Shown: positions 29,740-38,756 of the stretch, piece by piece
How positions within the stretch are numbered: position 1 is the stretch's first letter
How the letters are laid out: each line of letters opens with the position of its first letter
Assembly (NCBI GenBank): GCA_963721015.1
Contig: CAVRHM010000006.1
Coordinates: 914,154-978,153 of the forward strand
DNA length: 64,000 bases
Direction of reading: 5' to 3'
Source of the DNA: an uncultured Chloroflexia bacterium
GTDB taxonomy: Bacteria; Chloroflexota; Limnocylindria; Limnocylindrales; CSP1-4
Notes under the pieces: generated by a model
What the model was told of the DNA's origin: nothing
What the model saw: only the letters and a program-made list of their open reading frames with translations
Databases searched by the model: none
Made by a program: the position numbers and the translations under genes

Positions 29740-30809
29740 ACCCGGCGGGTCACCCAGTAGCGTTCGGCGGCGCCCTCGATGGTGCCCGCCTCGGCCAGCG
29801 TCCGGCCGTACGCCCGGACGGCGCCGCCCATCGCCTTGGCATCGTCGAACAGGCGGTCCAGCTGGCTCTCGTACAGGCTGATGCCGGTGATCTTGCGCTC
29901 GAGCTGGTCGGTCACGTCCGCGTAGGTCGGGAACAGGCTGATGTCGGCGGGCAGGCCGGCCAGCGCGGCCGGGCCCAGCTGATCGAGGTGCCGGAACTCC
30001 TCCCAGTAGGCGTACGGGAAGTCCTCGTAGAAGACGACCGTGCCCGCGTACTCCGGCCCGGGCATGACCCACTGGCGGGCCTCGGCCAGGAGCCCGATGC
30101 CGACCTCGCGGCAGAGCTGGTGGTCGACGTGGCCGCCGACGCCCAGCGGCAGGTAGACCTTCTGCGGCTCGAGCCGGGCGATCTCCTGGCGGAGGAGCTC
30201 GTACGGGACGGCGTCGTCGGCTCGGGGTGGCCCCAGGAGCTCGGCGTCGCCCTGGTAGCCGCGGAAGACCGCATCCGGCAGGTCCAGGAAGACGATGGCG
30301 GCTTCGGCGAAGTAGGCGAACCGCTCGTCCTCGATGCGCCGCCGGGCCATGAGGTCGCCGCCTGCGGCGGCGTCCATGACCTCATCGGTCAGGACCGCGC
30401 CCTGGGTCGAGAGATCGTCGATGACCGGCTGGCCGGCCAGCAATTCGTTGCGGATGCTGGCCCGTCGGTACCACGACGAGCGCTGCCAGAACCGCTTGGC
30501 CGCGGCGTCGGCATCGGTCTGGGTCGCCTCCAGCGCGTCGTCGCTGGCCGCCCACGAGGCCACGGCCGCGGCCGCGGGGTAGTCGGCCTCGATGGCCGAT
30601 CGATTGAACGCCTCGGTCGCCGGCCAGAGCGCCTTGCTGCCGAAACCCAAGGCCTCGCGCTGGTACGAGCTCAGGTCCGTCGAGTCCCCGTTGCCGGAGT
30701 AGACGGTGATGATCGCCACGGCCTGGCCGAGCTCCCGGAGGCTGGCGATGAGGCCGCCGCAGGAGAGGGCGACGTCGTCCGGATGGGGCGCGACGAAGAC
30801 GTGGGTCAT
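29736..30809 (-). CDS. PIG-L/LmbE-family de-N-acetylase with a large insertion
   Basis: VAPHPDDVALSCGG, RRIED, PLGVGGHVDH, FYEDFPY, YESQ. Confidence 0.85.
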   Translation of the reverse strand: MTHVFVAPHPDDVALSCGGLIASLRELGQAVAIITVYSGNGDSTDLSSYQREALGFGSKALWPATEAFNRSAIEADYPAAAAVASWAASDDALEATQTDADAAAKRFWQRSSWYRRASIRNELLAGQPVIDDLSTQGAVLTDEVMDAAAGGDLMARRRIEDERFAYFAEAAIVFLDLPDAVFRGYQGDAELLGPPRADDAVPYELLRQEIARLEPQKVYLPLGVGGHVDHQLCREVGIGLLAEARQWVMPGPEYAGTVVFYEDFPYAYWEEFRHLDQLGPAALAGLPADISLFPTYADVTDQLERKITGISLYESQLDRLFDDAKAMGGAVRAYGRTLAEAGTIEGAAERYWVTRRV

Positions 30810-30841
30810 GGCCGGCCGAGTATACCGAGCGAGACGGTGGC

Positions 30842-31495
30842 TCAGGCCGGGAAGCCGCCCGGGCCGACGAGGGGCACGAACACGCACGCGCCGTGGGGCG
30901 TCTCGTGCCAGTCGTTGCCGTGCCGGACGACGAGCATGAGCGTCTGGAGGTCGCGTGAGCCGACGGGGATGACCAGGCGGCCACCCTCGCCCAGCTGGTC
31001 GCGGAGCTCGATGGGGATGGCCGGTGCGGCGGCGGTGACGATGATCCCGTCCCACGGCGCCCCGGCGGGATCGCCCAGGCTCCCGTCGGCGACCTTGATC
31101 GTGACCCGGTCCGCGAGGCCCATATCGGCGATCCGCCGCCGGGCGGCGTCGGCCAGCTCCGGATGGCGCTCCAGGCTCGTCACCCGGGCCCCGAGCCAGC
31201 CCAGGATCGCGGCCTGGTAGCCGGACCCGGTGCCGAGCTCCAGGACGCGTTCGCCCGGTCGCGGGGCGAGGAGCTCGGTCATCCGGGCGACCATGTACGG
31301 CTGGCTGATCGTCTGGCCGGCCGGGATGGGCACGGCCTCATCGGCGAAGGCGCGACGGCGGAACTGGTCGGGGATGAACCGCTCCCGCGGGACGGTCGAC
31401 ATCGCGTCGAGGATCCGCGGATCGGCGATGCCGCGCGAGCGCAGCTGCTGCTCGACCATCCGCCCGCGATCCCGGGCGTCCTGCTCCGCGCCCAT
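30842..31495 (-). CDS. pcm: Protein-L-isoaspartate O-methyltransferase
   Basis: VPRERF, GQTISQPYMVA, LELGTGSGYQAA, WDGIIVTAA, GRLVIPVG. Confidence 0.93.
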   Translation of the reverse strand: MGAEQDARDRGRMVEQQLRSRGIADPRILDAMSTVPRERFIPDQFRRRAFADEAVPIPAGQTISQPYMVARMTELLAPRPGERVLELGTGSGYQAAILGWLGARVTSLERHPELADAARRRIADMGLADRVTIKVADGSLGDPAGAPWDGIIVTAAAPAIPIELRDQLGEGGRLVIPVGSRDLQTLMLVVRHGNDWHETPHGACVFVPLVGPGGFPA

Positions 31496-31513
31496 GCGCG
31501 GAGGATAGTCCCG

Positions 31514-32143
31514 CTAGGGGCTCGTCGACGCCGATGCGGACGGCTCGATCGACGCCGACGCGGAGGGCGCCACCGAAGCGGGGGCGGACGCCGACGGTGC
31601 GACCGACGCCGGCGCCGATGCCGACGGTTCGATCGAGGCCGAGGCGGCCGGTTCGTCGGACGCGATCGGCGACGCCGACGCCTCTACTGACGGCTGCGCG
31701 GTCGGCGTCCCGCTGACGATGCCGCCCTTGCCCAGGAACACGCCGTTCAGGAGGATGAGCGCGAAGACCGCGACGGCGGCGATGACATACCACTGGGACC
31801 ACGGTTCCTTGACGTGGACCGCGATCTCGGACGGGCTGGGCGCGCGCGGGGCGGTGCCGGTCTTGCGGGCGGTCCCGGCCGCGGCCGCGCCGGCGGTCGC
31901 CGCGGTCGCCGGGGCGAGCTCGTCGCTTTCGGCGAGGTCGTCCTCCTCGTCCTCATCCGAGGCCTCGAGGTCCTCGTCGCCGTCGGCGTCGTCGAGGTCG
32001 TCGTCGTCGGACGCCGGCTCCAGGTCGGCGTCGACCGAGGGCTCGGGCTCGGGTTCGAGCGCGGCGTCATCGGCCGCGTCGGCCGTCGGCTCCTCCGGAT
32101 CGGGCGCGTTGGGATCCGGGGCGCCCTCGGGTCGGTCGGTCAT
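31514..32143 (-). CDS. Single-pass membrane protein: acidic cytoplasmic N-terminus, Ser/Ala/Pro-repeat C-terminal tail
   Basis: D/E-rich N-terminus; TM WYVIAAVAVFALILLNGVFL; (PSASAPASVA)2-type repeats. Confidence 0.7.
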   Translation of the reverse strand: MTDRPEGAPDPNAPDPEEPTADAADDAALEPEPEPSVDADLEPASDDDDLDDADGDEDLEASDEDEEDDLAESDELAPATAATAGAAAAGTARKTGTAPRAPSPSEIAVHVKEPWSQWYVIAAVAVFALILLNGVFLGKGGIVSGTPTAQPSVEASASPIASDEPAASASIEPSASAPASVAPSASAPASVAPSASASIEPSASASTSP

Positions 32144-33627
32144 CCGTTCGTCGTCACTCCTGGCGCGCGGCGCGGGCCATCACTCGGGCGCCGCTGCGCG
32201 GGCGACAGTGTACCCGGCACCCCGATGCCCCGGTACGCGACGCCGTCAGGCCACGTCCTCGAGGTCAGGCTGTTTCGCCCGTCGAGGACCATCCGGAGGT
32301 CCGGGAACCACGCTGGATCCAGGTCATCGCGGAAGGCCGGGTCGTCGGTCTGGGTGACGATCGCCTGGATGCCCCGCGACGTCGTGCCCCACGGCCACGC
32401 CTCGGCGCCCAGGGCCTCGACCTCCGCGGTAGCAAGCAGGGCGTCGTGGGCGACGACCCGCGCCCCGGCATCACGCAGCGCGCCGATGAGCGGCAGGGCG
32501 CGAGAGTAGGCCAGCTCATGAACGCCGTGCCGGTAGGTCAGCCCGAGGACGGCGATCCCCATCCCGTCCAGGGGACCCAGGACGTCCCCAAGGGCCGTCA
32601 TCGCGACCTCGACCTGGCCGTCGTTGACGGACCGGGCGAGGCGGACCAGCTCGAGCTCCGGCGCTCGCTCCAGCAGGAAGTGGGGATACACCGGGATGCA
32701 GTGCCCGCCCACCCCGAGCCCGGGCTGGTGGATATGCGAGTAGGGCTGGCTGTTGGCCGCGTCGATGACCTCGGTCAGGTCCACGCCGATGCGGTCCGCG
32801 TAGCGGGCGAACTCGTTGGCCAGGGCGATGTTCACGTCGCGGTAGGTCGTGTCGGCGAGCTTCGCGAACTCGGCGGCCTCGCTCGATGACATCTGGACGA
32901 TCTCGGCGTCCAGGACCCCGTCGTAGAACGCGGCCGCCCGGGCGCCGGACACCGCGCCCACCCCGCCGACGAGCTTCGGATACGTGGCCAGGTTGCGCAG
33001 CGCGGCGCCGCTGAACAGGCGTTCCGGCGAGAACGCCACGAGGAGCCCGGCGTCGCCGTCCACTTCGACGCGCAGGCCGGTGGCCGCCTCCAGCCGTGGC
33101 GCGTAGTGGTCGCGCGTGTCCCCGACCGGGAGCGTGGTCTCGAAGATGACCAGCGTGCCGGCCCGCAGTCCCGGGGCCATCGCGTCGACGGCGGCATCCA
33201 TCGCGCGGCGATCCGGGTGCGAGGCGTCGTCCAGGATGATGGGCACGATCAGGACGACGACATCGGCCTCGGCGGCCGCCTCCGACGCGGCCAGGGTCGC
33301 GCGCAGGCGCCCATCGGCACTGGCGGCGCTGACCGCCTCGGCCAGGCCGGGCTCGCCCGCCACGTGCGAGCGCCCGGCGTTGATGCCCTCGACGACCCGC
33401 GCATCGATGTCGACGGCGATGACCCGCCAGCCGTGCGAGGCGAACTGGACGGCGAGGGGCAGGCCCATCTTGCCGGCGCCGACGACGGCGACGGTCCCGG
33501 CCGTGCCGGGCTCGCCGCGCCACGGGCGGACCGACCGCGCCGCCGCGTGGCGACACGGGTTGGGCGTTCCGGCGATGGCGGCGCCGAGGAGGCTGGCCGT
33601 CGTGCTCGGCCGCGACCGGACCGTCAC
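32140..33627 (-). CDS. UDP-N-acetylhexosamine 6-dehydrogenase (WbpA/WecC-like)
   Basis: VGAGKMG, ETT, FSPER, AEFAKL...RDVNIALANE, PGLGVGGHCIPVYP. Confidence 0.88.
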   Translation of the reverse strand: MTVRSRPSTTASLLGAAIAGTPNPCRHAAARSVRPWRGEPGTAGTVAVVGAGKMGLPLAVQFASHGWRVIAVDIDARVVEGINAGRSHVAGEPGLAEAVSAASADGRLRATLAASEAAAEADVVVLIVPIILDDASHPDRRAMDAAVDAMAPGLRAGTLVIFETTLPVGDTRDHYAPRLEAATGLRVEVDGDAGLLVAFSPERLFSGAALRNLATYPKLVGGVGAVSGARAAAFYDGVLDAEIVQMSSSEAAEFAKLADTTYRDVNIALANEFARYADRIGVDLTEVIDAANSQPYSHIHQPGLGVGGHCIPVYPHFLLERAPELELVRLARSVNDGQVEVAMTALGDVLGPLDGMGIAVLGLTYRHGVHELAYSRALPLIGALRDAGARVVAHDALLATAEVEALGAEAWPWGTTSRGIQAIVTQTDDPAFRDDLDPAWFPDLRMVLDGRNSLTSRTWPDGVAYRGIGVPGTLSPAQRRPSDGPRRAPGVTTNG

Positions 33628-34661
33628 GAGACCGGCAGGCGGTCGATGACGACCGGTGCGCCGTCGCGCGCGGAGCGGATGAGGGCGTCGGCCAGGACGA
33701 CGGCCCAGCGGCCGTCCTCCGCGGCGACGATCGGTCGTCGACCGGTGCGGATGACGTCGAGGAAGGACTCCAGCTCGGCCCGCAGCGGCTCACCACCGGA
33801 CACCGGGAGGTCCACGGTCTCGCCGGTGAACGTCGGGGCGTAGCCCGCGATGAGGTCCGGGTCGGTCAGGTCGGTCCCGCGGGTGAAGGTCAGGCGCTGG
33901 GTCAGGTAGTCGAGCTCGAACATGCCCTCCTCGCCGAGCACGGTCAGGGTGCGTCGCTTGGTCGGCGTCAGCCAGTCCACGTCGAGCATGGCCACCGACC
34001 CGGACGGGAAGCGCATGAGGCCGAACAGCAGGTCTTCGTGCTCCTGGTGGACCCGCTGGGCCGTCTCCGCCGTGACGCTGACCGGGCGCTCGGCGGCGAC
34101 CCAGCACAGGATGTCGACATCGTGGGTGGCCAGGTCGATGGTCACCCCCACATCACGGATCCGGGCCGGCAACGGGCCGCCGCGACGACTCGTGCTGGCG
34201 TAGACCGTCGACAGCCAGCCGGCATCCAGCAGCCGGCCCAGCTCGAGCACCGCCGGGTTGAAGCGCTCGACGTGGCCGACCTGGACCGGCACCCCGGTCG
34301 CCTCGGCGGCGTCGACGATGCGGTCGGCCTCGTCGGGCGTCGCGGCCAACGGCTTCTCGACGAGGACCGCGACGCCGCGCTCGATGGCGGCCAGGGCGAG
34401 GCTCAGGTGGGTCATCGTCGGTGAGGCGATGATCACCGCATCCAGGTCCGCCTCGCCAAGCAGGGCGAGCGGCTCGGCGTACGGTTGGGCGGCGGTGTCC
34501 GCCGCCTCGAGGGCGTCGGGCAGCGGATCCGAGATCGCGACCACGTCGACACCGGGCAGGTCGGTCAGGACGCGCAGGTGGTTGCGGCCCATCGCCCCGA
34601 GGCCGATGAGCCCGACCCGCGCGTCGCGCGAGCCGATCGGCTGCCAGCGACCCGCGGTCAT
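33624..34661 (-). CDS. Gfo/Idh/MocA oxidoreductase (WbpB-like sugar 3-dehydrogenase)
   Basis: IGLGAMG, VEKPLA, VGHVERFNPA, DLATHD. Confidence 0.85.
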   Translation of the reverse strand: MTAGRWQPIGSRDARVGLIGLGAMGRNHLRVLTDLPGVDVVAISDPLPDALEAADTAAQPYAEPLALLGEADLDAVIIASPTMTHLSLALAAIERGVAVLVEKPLAATPDEADRIVDAAEATGVPVQVGHVERFNPAVLELGRLLDAGWLSTVYASTSRRGGPLPARIRDVGVTIDLATHDVDILCWVAAERPVSVTAETAQRVHQEHEDLLFGLMRFPSGSVAMLDVDWLTPTKRRTLTVLGEEGMFELDYLTQRLTFTRGTDLTDPDLIAGYAPTFTGETVDLPVSGGEPLRAELESFLDVIRTGRRPIVAAEDGRWAVVLADALIRSARDGAPVVIDRLPVS

Positions 34662-35750
34662 CGCCCGACCACCGCGGTGACGGCGGCCCGCAGCGCCCCG
34701 ACGACGACGTCCTGCTCGTCGTCGCGGAGGCCCGGGAACATCGGCAGGGACAGGGTCGTCGCGGCCACATCGTCCGTCACGGGCAGCGACGCGCTGATGC
34801 CGAGCGCCGTCACGTACGGCTGGCGATGGACCGGGATGGGGTAGTAGATGCCCGTCGCGACGCCCGCGCCGGCGAGCTCGGCGACGATGCGATCCCGGTC
34901 CGGCCCGACCGTGACCGTGTACTGGTGGAAGACGTGGGTCCGGTCCGGCGGGACGAGGGGACGCCCGATGGGCAGGTCGGCCAGGGCTGCGTCATAGCGG
35001 GCGGCCAGCTCCCGGCGCCGCGCGGTGTTGCGCTCCAGCTTGTCGAGCTGGACGAGCCCGATCGCGGCCGCGAGGTCGGTGAGGCGGAAGTTGTAACCCA
35101 GCATGTCGTGGCGGTAGCGCTCGTGCATCCCCTGGTTCCGGTAGAGCCGGAGCCAGTCGGCGAGGTCGTCGTCGTCGGTCGTGATGAGCCCACCCTCGCC
35201 CGTGGTCAGGTTCTTCGTCCCGTACAGGCTGAAGACCCCGTGGCCGAAGCTACCCACGTGCCGCTCGCGATACGTGGCCCCGTGGGCCTGGCAGGCGTCC
35301 TCGATGATGGCCAGGCCGTGGCGCCGGGCGATGTCACCGACCGCGTCCATGTCGACCGGCAGGCCGAACAGGTGGACCGGGGCGATGGCCCGCGTCCGCG
35401 GGGTGACGGCCACCTCGATCCGGTCCGGATCCATGAGGTAGGTCGCCCGATCGATGTCGACGAAGACGGGCTGCGCCCCGGTCGACAGGATCGCGCTGAC
35501 CGTCGCGTTGAAGGTGTGGCCGACCGTGATGACCTCGTCGCCCGGGCCCAGGCCCAGCCCGGCAGCGACGCACATCAGGCCGACGCGTGCCGTTGCTGAC
35601 CGCGATCGCGTGCCGCGTCCCGATGAAGGCCGCCCAGCGCGTCTCCAGCTCGGCGACCCGTGGCCCGGCCGCGAGCATCCCGCTGCGCAGGACCTCGCTG
35701 ACCGCGGCGATCTCCTCGTCCCCGATGTCCGGACGCGCGACCGGGATCAT
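34658..35750 (-). CDS. DegT/DnrJ/StrS aminotransferase (WbpE-like), frameshift near 35585
   Basis: MIPVARP...GPRVAELE..AIAVSNGT, then VHLFG, IEDACQAHGA, FSLYGTKNLTTGEGG, GYNFRL. Confidence 0.88.
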
Positions 35751-36394
35751 GACGCCAGGACGACGCGATCGGCGTCGATGTCGAAGCGCCGTCCACAGGC
35801 GGCGCAATCGAGGACCCGGTCGGTGGCATAGCGTTCGTGGTCGGCCGGGGCCGGGATGCCGTCCGCCGTCCGCAGGCGTTGACCGCACACGCAGACCCAG
35901 CCGATCGTCCGGGCGGGATTGCCGGCCACCAGCGCGTGCGCCGGGACGGGATGGGTCACGACGGCGCCCGCCCCCACGGTCGCGTACGGCCCGATATCGC
36001 AGCCGGCGATGACGATCGCGCCCGCCCCGATCGAGCATCCGTCGTGGAGCGTCGTCGCGGTCAGCGTCCACTCGCCGGCCTGGGCCAACTCGCCGTCGGC
36101 GTTCGTGGCGCGTGGATAGCGGTCGTTGGTGAGGATGGCGCCCGGTCCGATGAACACCCCATCGCCGACCGTCACGCCGTGGTAGACGAGGGCACCGTTC
36201 TGGATCTTGACCCGCGACCCGATGGCGACGTCCGTATCGATGAAGGCGTCGCGCCCGATGATCGAGTCGGCCCCGATCCGCGCCCCCGTCCGGACCTGCG
36301 CCCGATGCCAGATGGCCGTCCCGGCCCCGATATCGACGTCGGGCTCCAGGTCGGCCGTCGGGTGGACGCGCGCGGCGGGGTCGATCGAGGACAT
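35747..36394 (-). CDS. Hexapeptide-repeat N-acetyltransferase (WbpD-like) with C-terminal CxC...CxxC
   Basis: IWH..QVR..A.IG, KIQNGA..Y.GV, FIGP..ILTND.YPR, ALVAGNPAR.IGWVC.CG. Confidence 0.88.
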   Translation of the reverse strand: MSSIDPAARVHPTADLEPDVDIGAGTAIWHRAQVRTGARIGADSIIGRDAFIDTDVAIGSRVKIQNGALVYHGVTVGDGVFIGPGAILTNDRYPRATNADGELAQAGEWTLTATTLHDGCSIGAGAIVIAGCDIGPYATVGAGAVVTHPVPAHALVAGNPARTIGWVCVCGQRLRTADGIPAPADHERYATDRVLDCAACGRRFDIDADRVVLAS

Positions 36395-36482
36395 CGCGCG
36401 GCGAGTATAGGCGTCGACCCTCACGCGGCGAGACGGGTCGAAGGGCTAGCCGGTCGGCGACGGAAGGGCTATGGCGGGCGGC

Positions 36483-38626
36483 TCACTTGGCGTCCCGGAT
36501 GGCCGGCACGAGGAAGCCGGCCAGGCCGGCGACCACACTGACCAGCCCGAACGTCGCCAGGACGAACTGGACGCCGATGAGCTCGGCCAACACGCCGCCG
36601 ACGGCCATGGCGATGGCCATCGACCCGAAGACGAGCCAGAACCGGAAGCCGACGACCCGGCCCATCAGGGCGGCCGGGGTCCGTTCCTGGAAGAGGGCCT
36701 GGCTGGGGATGACGAACATCATGTTGGCGATCCCCGACCCGAAGGCGATCCCGATGGCCACGCCCAGGTTGCCGGTCAGCGCCAGGGCGGCCACGGCGAC
36801 CCCCCATGCCGCGTAGCCGACGCTGATCATCCGGCCCTTGGCCAGGCGCGCGCCGACGAGGCCGATGACGAAGCCGCCCAGCAGGTTGCCGGCGCTGGTC
36901 GCGCCCTCCAGGAAGCCGTAGGCGGCCACGGCCTGGGACCGCCCGTACACGACGGCCGCGTAGGTCGGCATGAGCGCCGTGATCGCGCCGACGCTGAGCT
37001 GGGCCACGGACGCCTGGATGGTGTTCGCCCACAGCGTCAATTCGCTGCGCAGGAAGGTGTAGCCGGCGCGCAGCTCGGCGACGAAGCCCTGGCCGGCGCC
37101 CGTCTCGACCTCGGCGTCTTCGGCGGCGTCTTCGGCGGTCGCCGCGCGGACGACCATCGTGCTCAGCAGGAGGGCCGACCCGATGTAGGTCGCCGCATCC
37201 AGCCAGAACGCGACGGGCAGGGCGCTGCCCAGGGCCGCGACGAACAGGGCTGCCAGCGGGAAGCCGACGACGTCGGCCAGGGTCTCGCCCACCCACAGGG
37301 CGGAGTTGGCGGTCACGAGCTCGTCCTTGTCGACGAGCTGGGGCAGGATCGCCACCCGGGCCGGCCGGAAGAAGATCGAGATGGAGGTCATGACGAACAC
37401 GAGCGGGTAGACGAACAGCGGGTTGGTCACGAGGGCGATCGGGACGATCAGGACGACCGCCGCGCGCAGGAGGTCGCTGACGATGAGGACCTCACGCCGG
37501 TCCCAGCGGTCGACCAGGGTGCCCGCGATGGGGCTGACGATGAGGTTCGGGACGAACGCGGCCACGAACACGAACGCCGAGGCGATCGGCGAGCCGGTCA
37601 CGATGAGGACGGCGGTCGCCAGGGCGACCTGATGGATGCGGTCGCCGAACAGCGAGATGAGCTGGCCGGCCCACAGCGCCGTGAACGAGCCGTTGAGGGC
37701 CAGGCGGACGTACGGGTGGCGGCGGACCCGCTCCACCGCCTCCGTGGATGGCCGCGGGAGGGCGATGACCGGCGCGCCGGGGGCCGACGACGCGCAGTCG
37801 GCACGCCGGCCGCCTCGAACGCCGCGGCGATCGTCGCATCGTCGAGCCGGCCGGCCGCCGACGGTGCCGGGAGCGGCGCGAGGGCCGGCGACTTGATGAG
37901 CGGTCCCTGCGATCCGAGCATCACCGGCCGCTGCAGGCCGGCGGCAGGGTTCAGGGCCGGGGCGAGGCCGGTCTCGGCCTGGATGCCCGTGCCACCATCC
38001 GGGCGCGGCAGTCGGGTCGAGCTGGCCAGGCCAACGAGCCGGCGCCGGATGGCCTCCTCCTCGTGGGCCTCCAGGACGGTCGGGATGCGGACGACGCTGG
38101 CGAACAGGAAGAACCCGAGGCCCAGGGACAGGAACACATCGCCCAGCGATGCCACGTTGTTGAACGGCGGGACGGGGATGGGGATGACGTCGCCGAAGAT
38201 CAGGCCACGCAGCAGGAAGTCCGCCGCGTCGGCGTCCTCCACGACGACGTGGAGGTTGGAGATGACCTGCGACGGGTCGTAGCCTGCCGCGACCAGCGCC
38301 GGCTCCCAGATCGGCATGTAGCCGCCGTTGAGGAGGATGACGACGGCGTTGAGCAGGATGCCGACGAACGCGAGGCCCAGGCCCGGGTAGCCGCGGTTGA
38401 CCCACAGCCCCACCAGCAGCAGCCCGAAGCTGGCGGCCAGGAGCGGGACGCGGAGCACGTCCGCGATCGGGAGGCCGGCATCGAGCAGCGCCTCCGTCCC
38501 GAACCGGATGATGACGGCCGCGAACAGGAGCGGGACGAGGCGGAGCTGGATGGCGCCGAGGTTCACGAGCCGGCCGCCCGCGAGCAGGCCGAGCACGAGG
38601 CCGAGGATGATGCCGGCGATCAACAC
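36483..38626 (-). CDS. DUF5317-like membrane domain fused to an MFS transporter (one frameshift at ~37810)
   Basis: ORF 37598..38626: GLLAGG, LLNAVVILLNGGYMP, FGDVIP, SLGDVF. ORF 36483..38405: LWAGQLISLFGDRIH, GTLVDRWDRR, LMGRV. No start codon or SD seen at the MFS junction. Confidence 0.72.
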
Positions 38627-38756
38627 GGGCGAAGCCTGGGGGTTCGGCGCTCCGTCACCGCGACATCATGCTGGAGCGCGAACGTCGCCGTCCGCTCGGG
38701 GACCCGAGGGCGGGACGGGAGAGGGAACGCGGGGCCGCGGTCGGGCGGCCGGGCGC

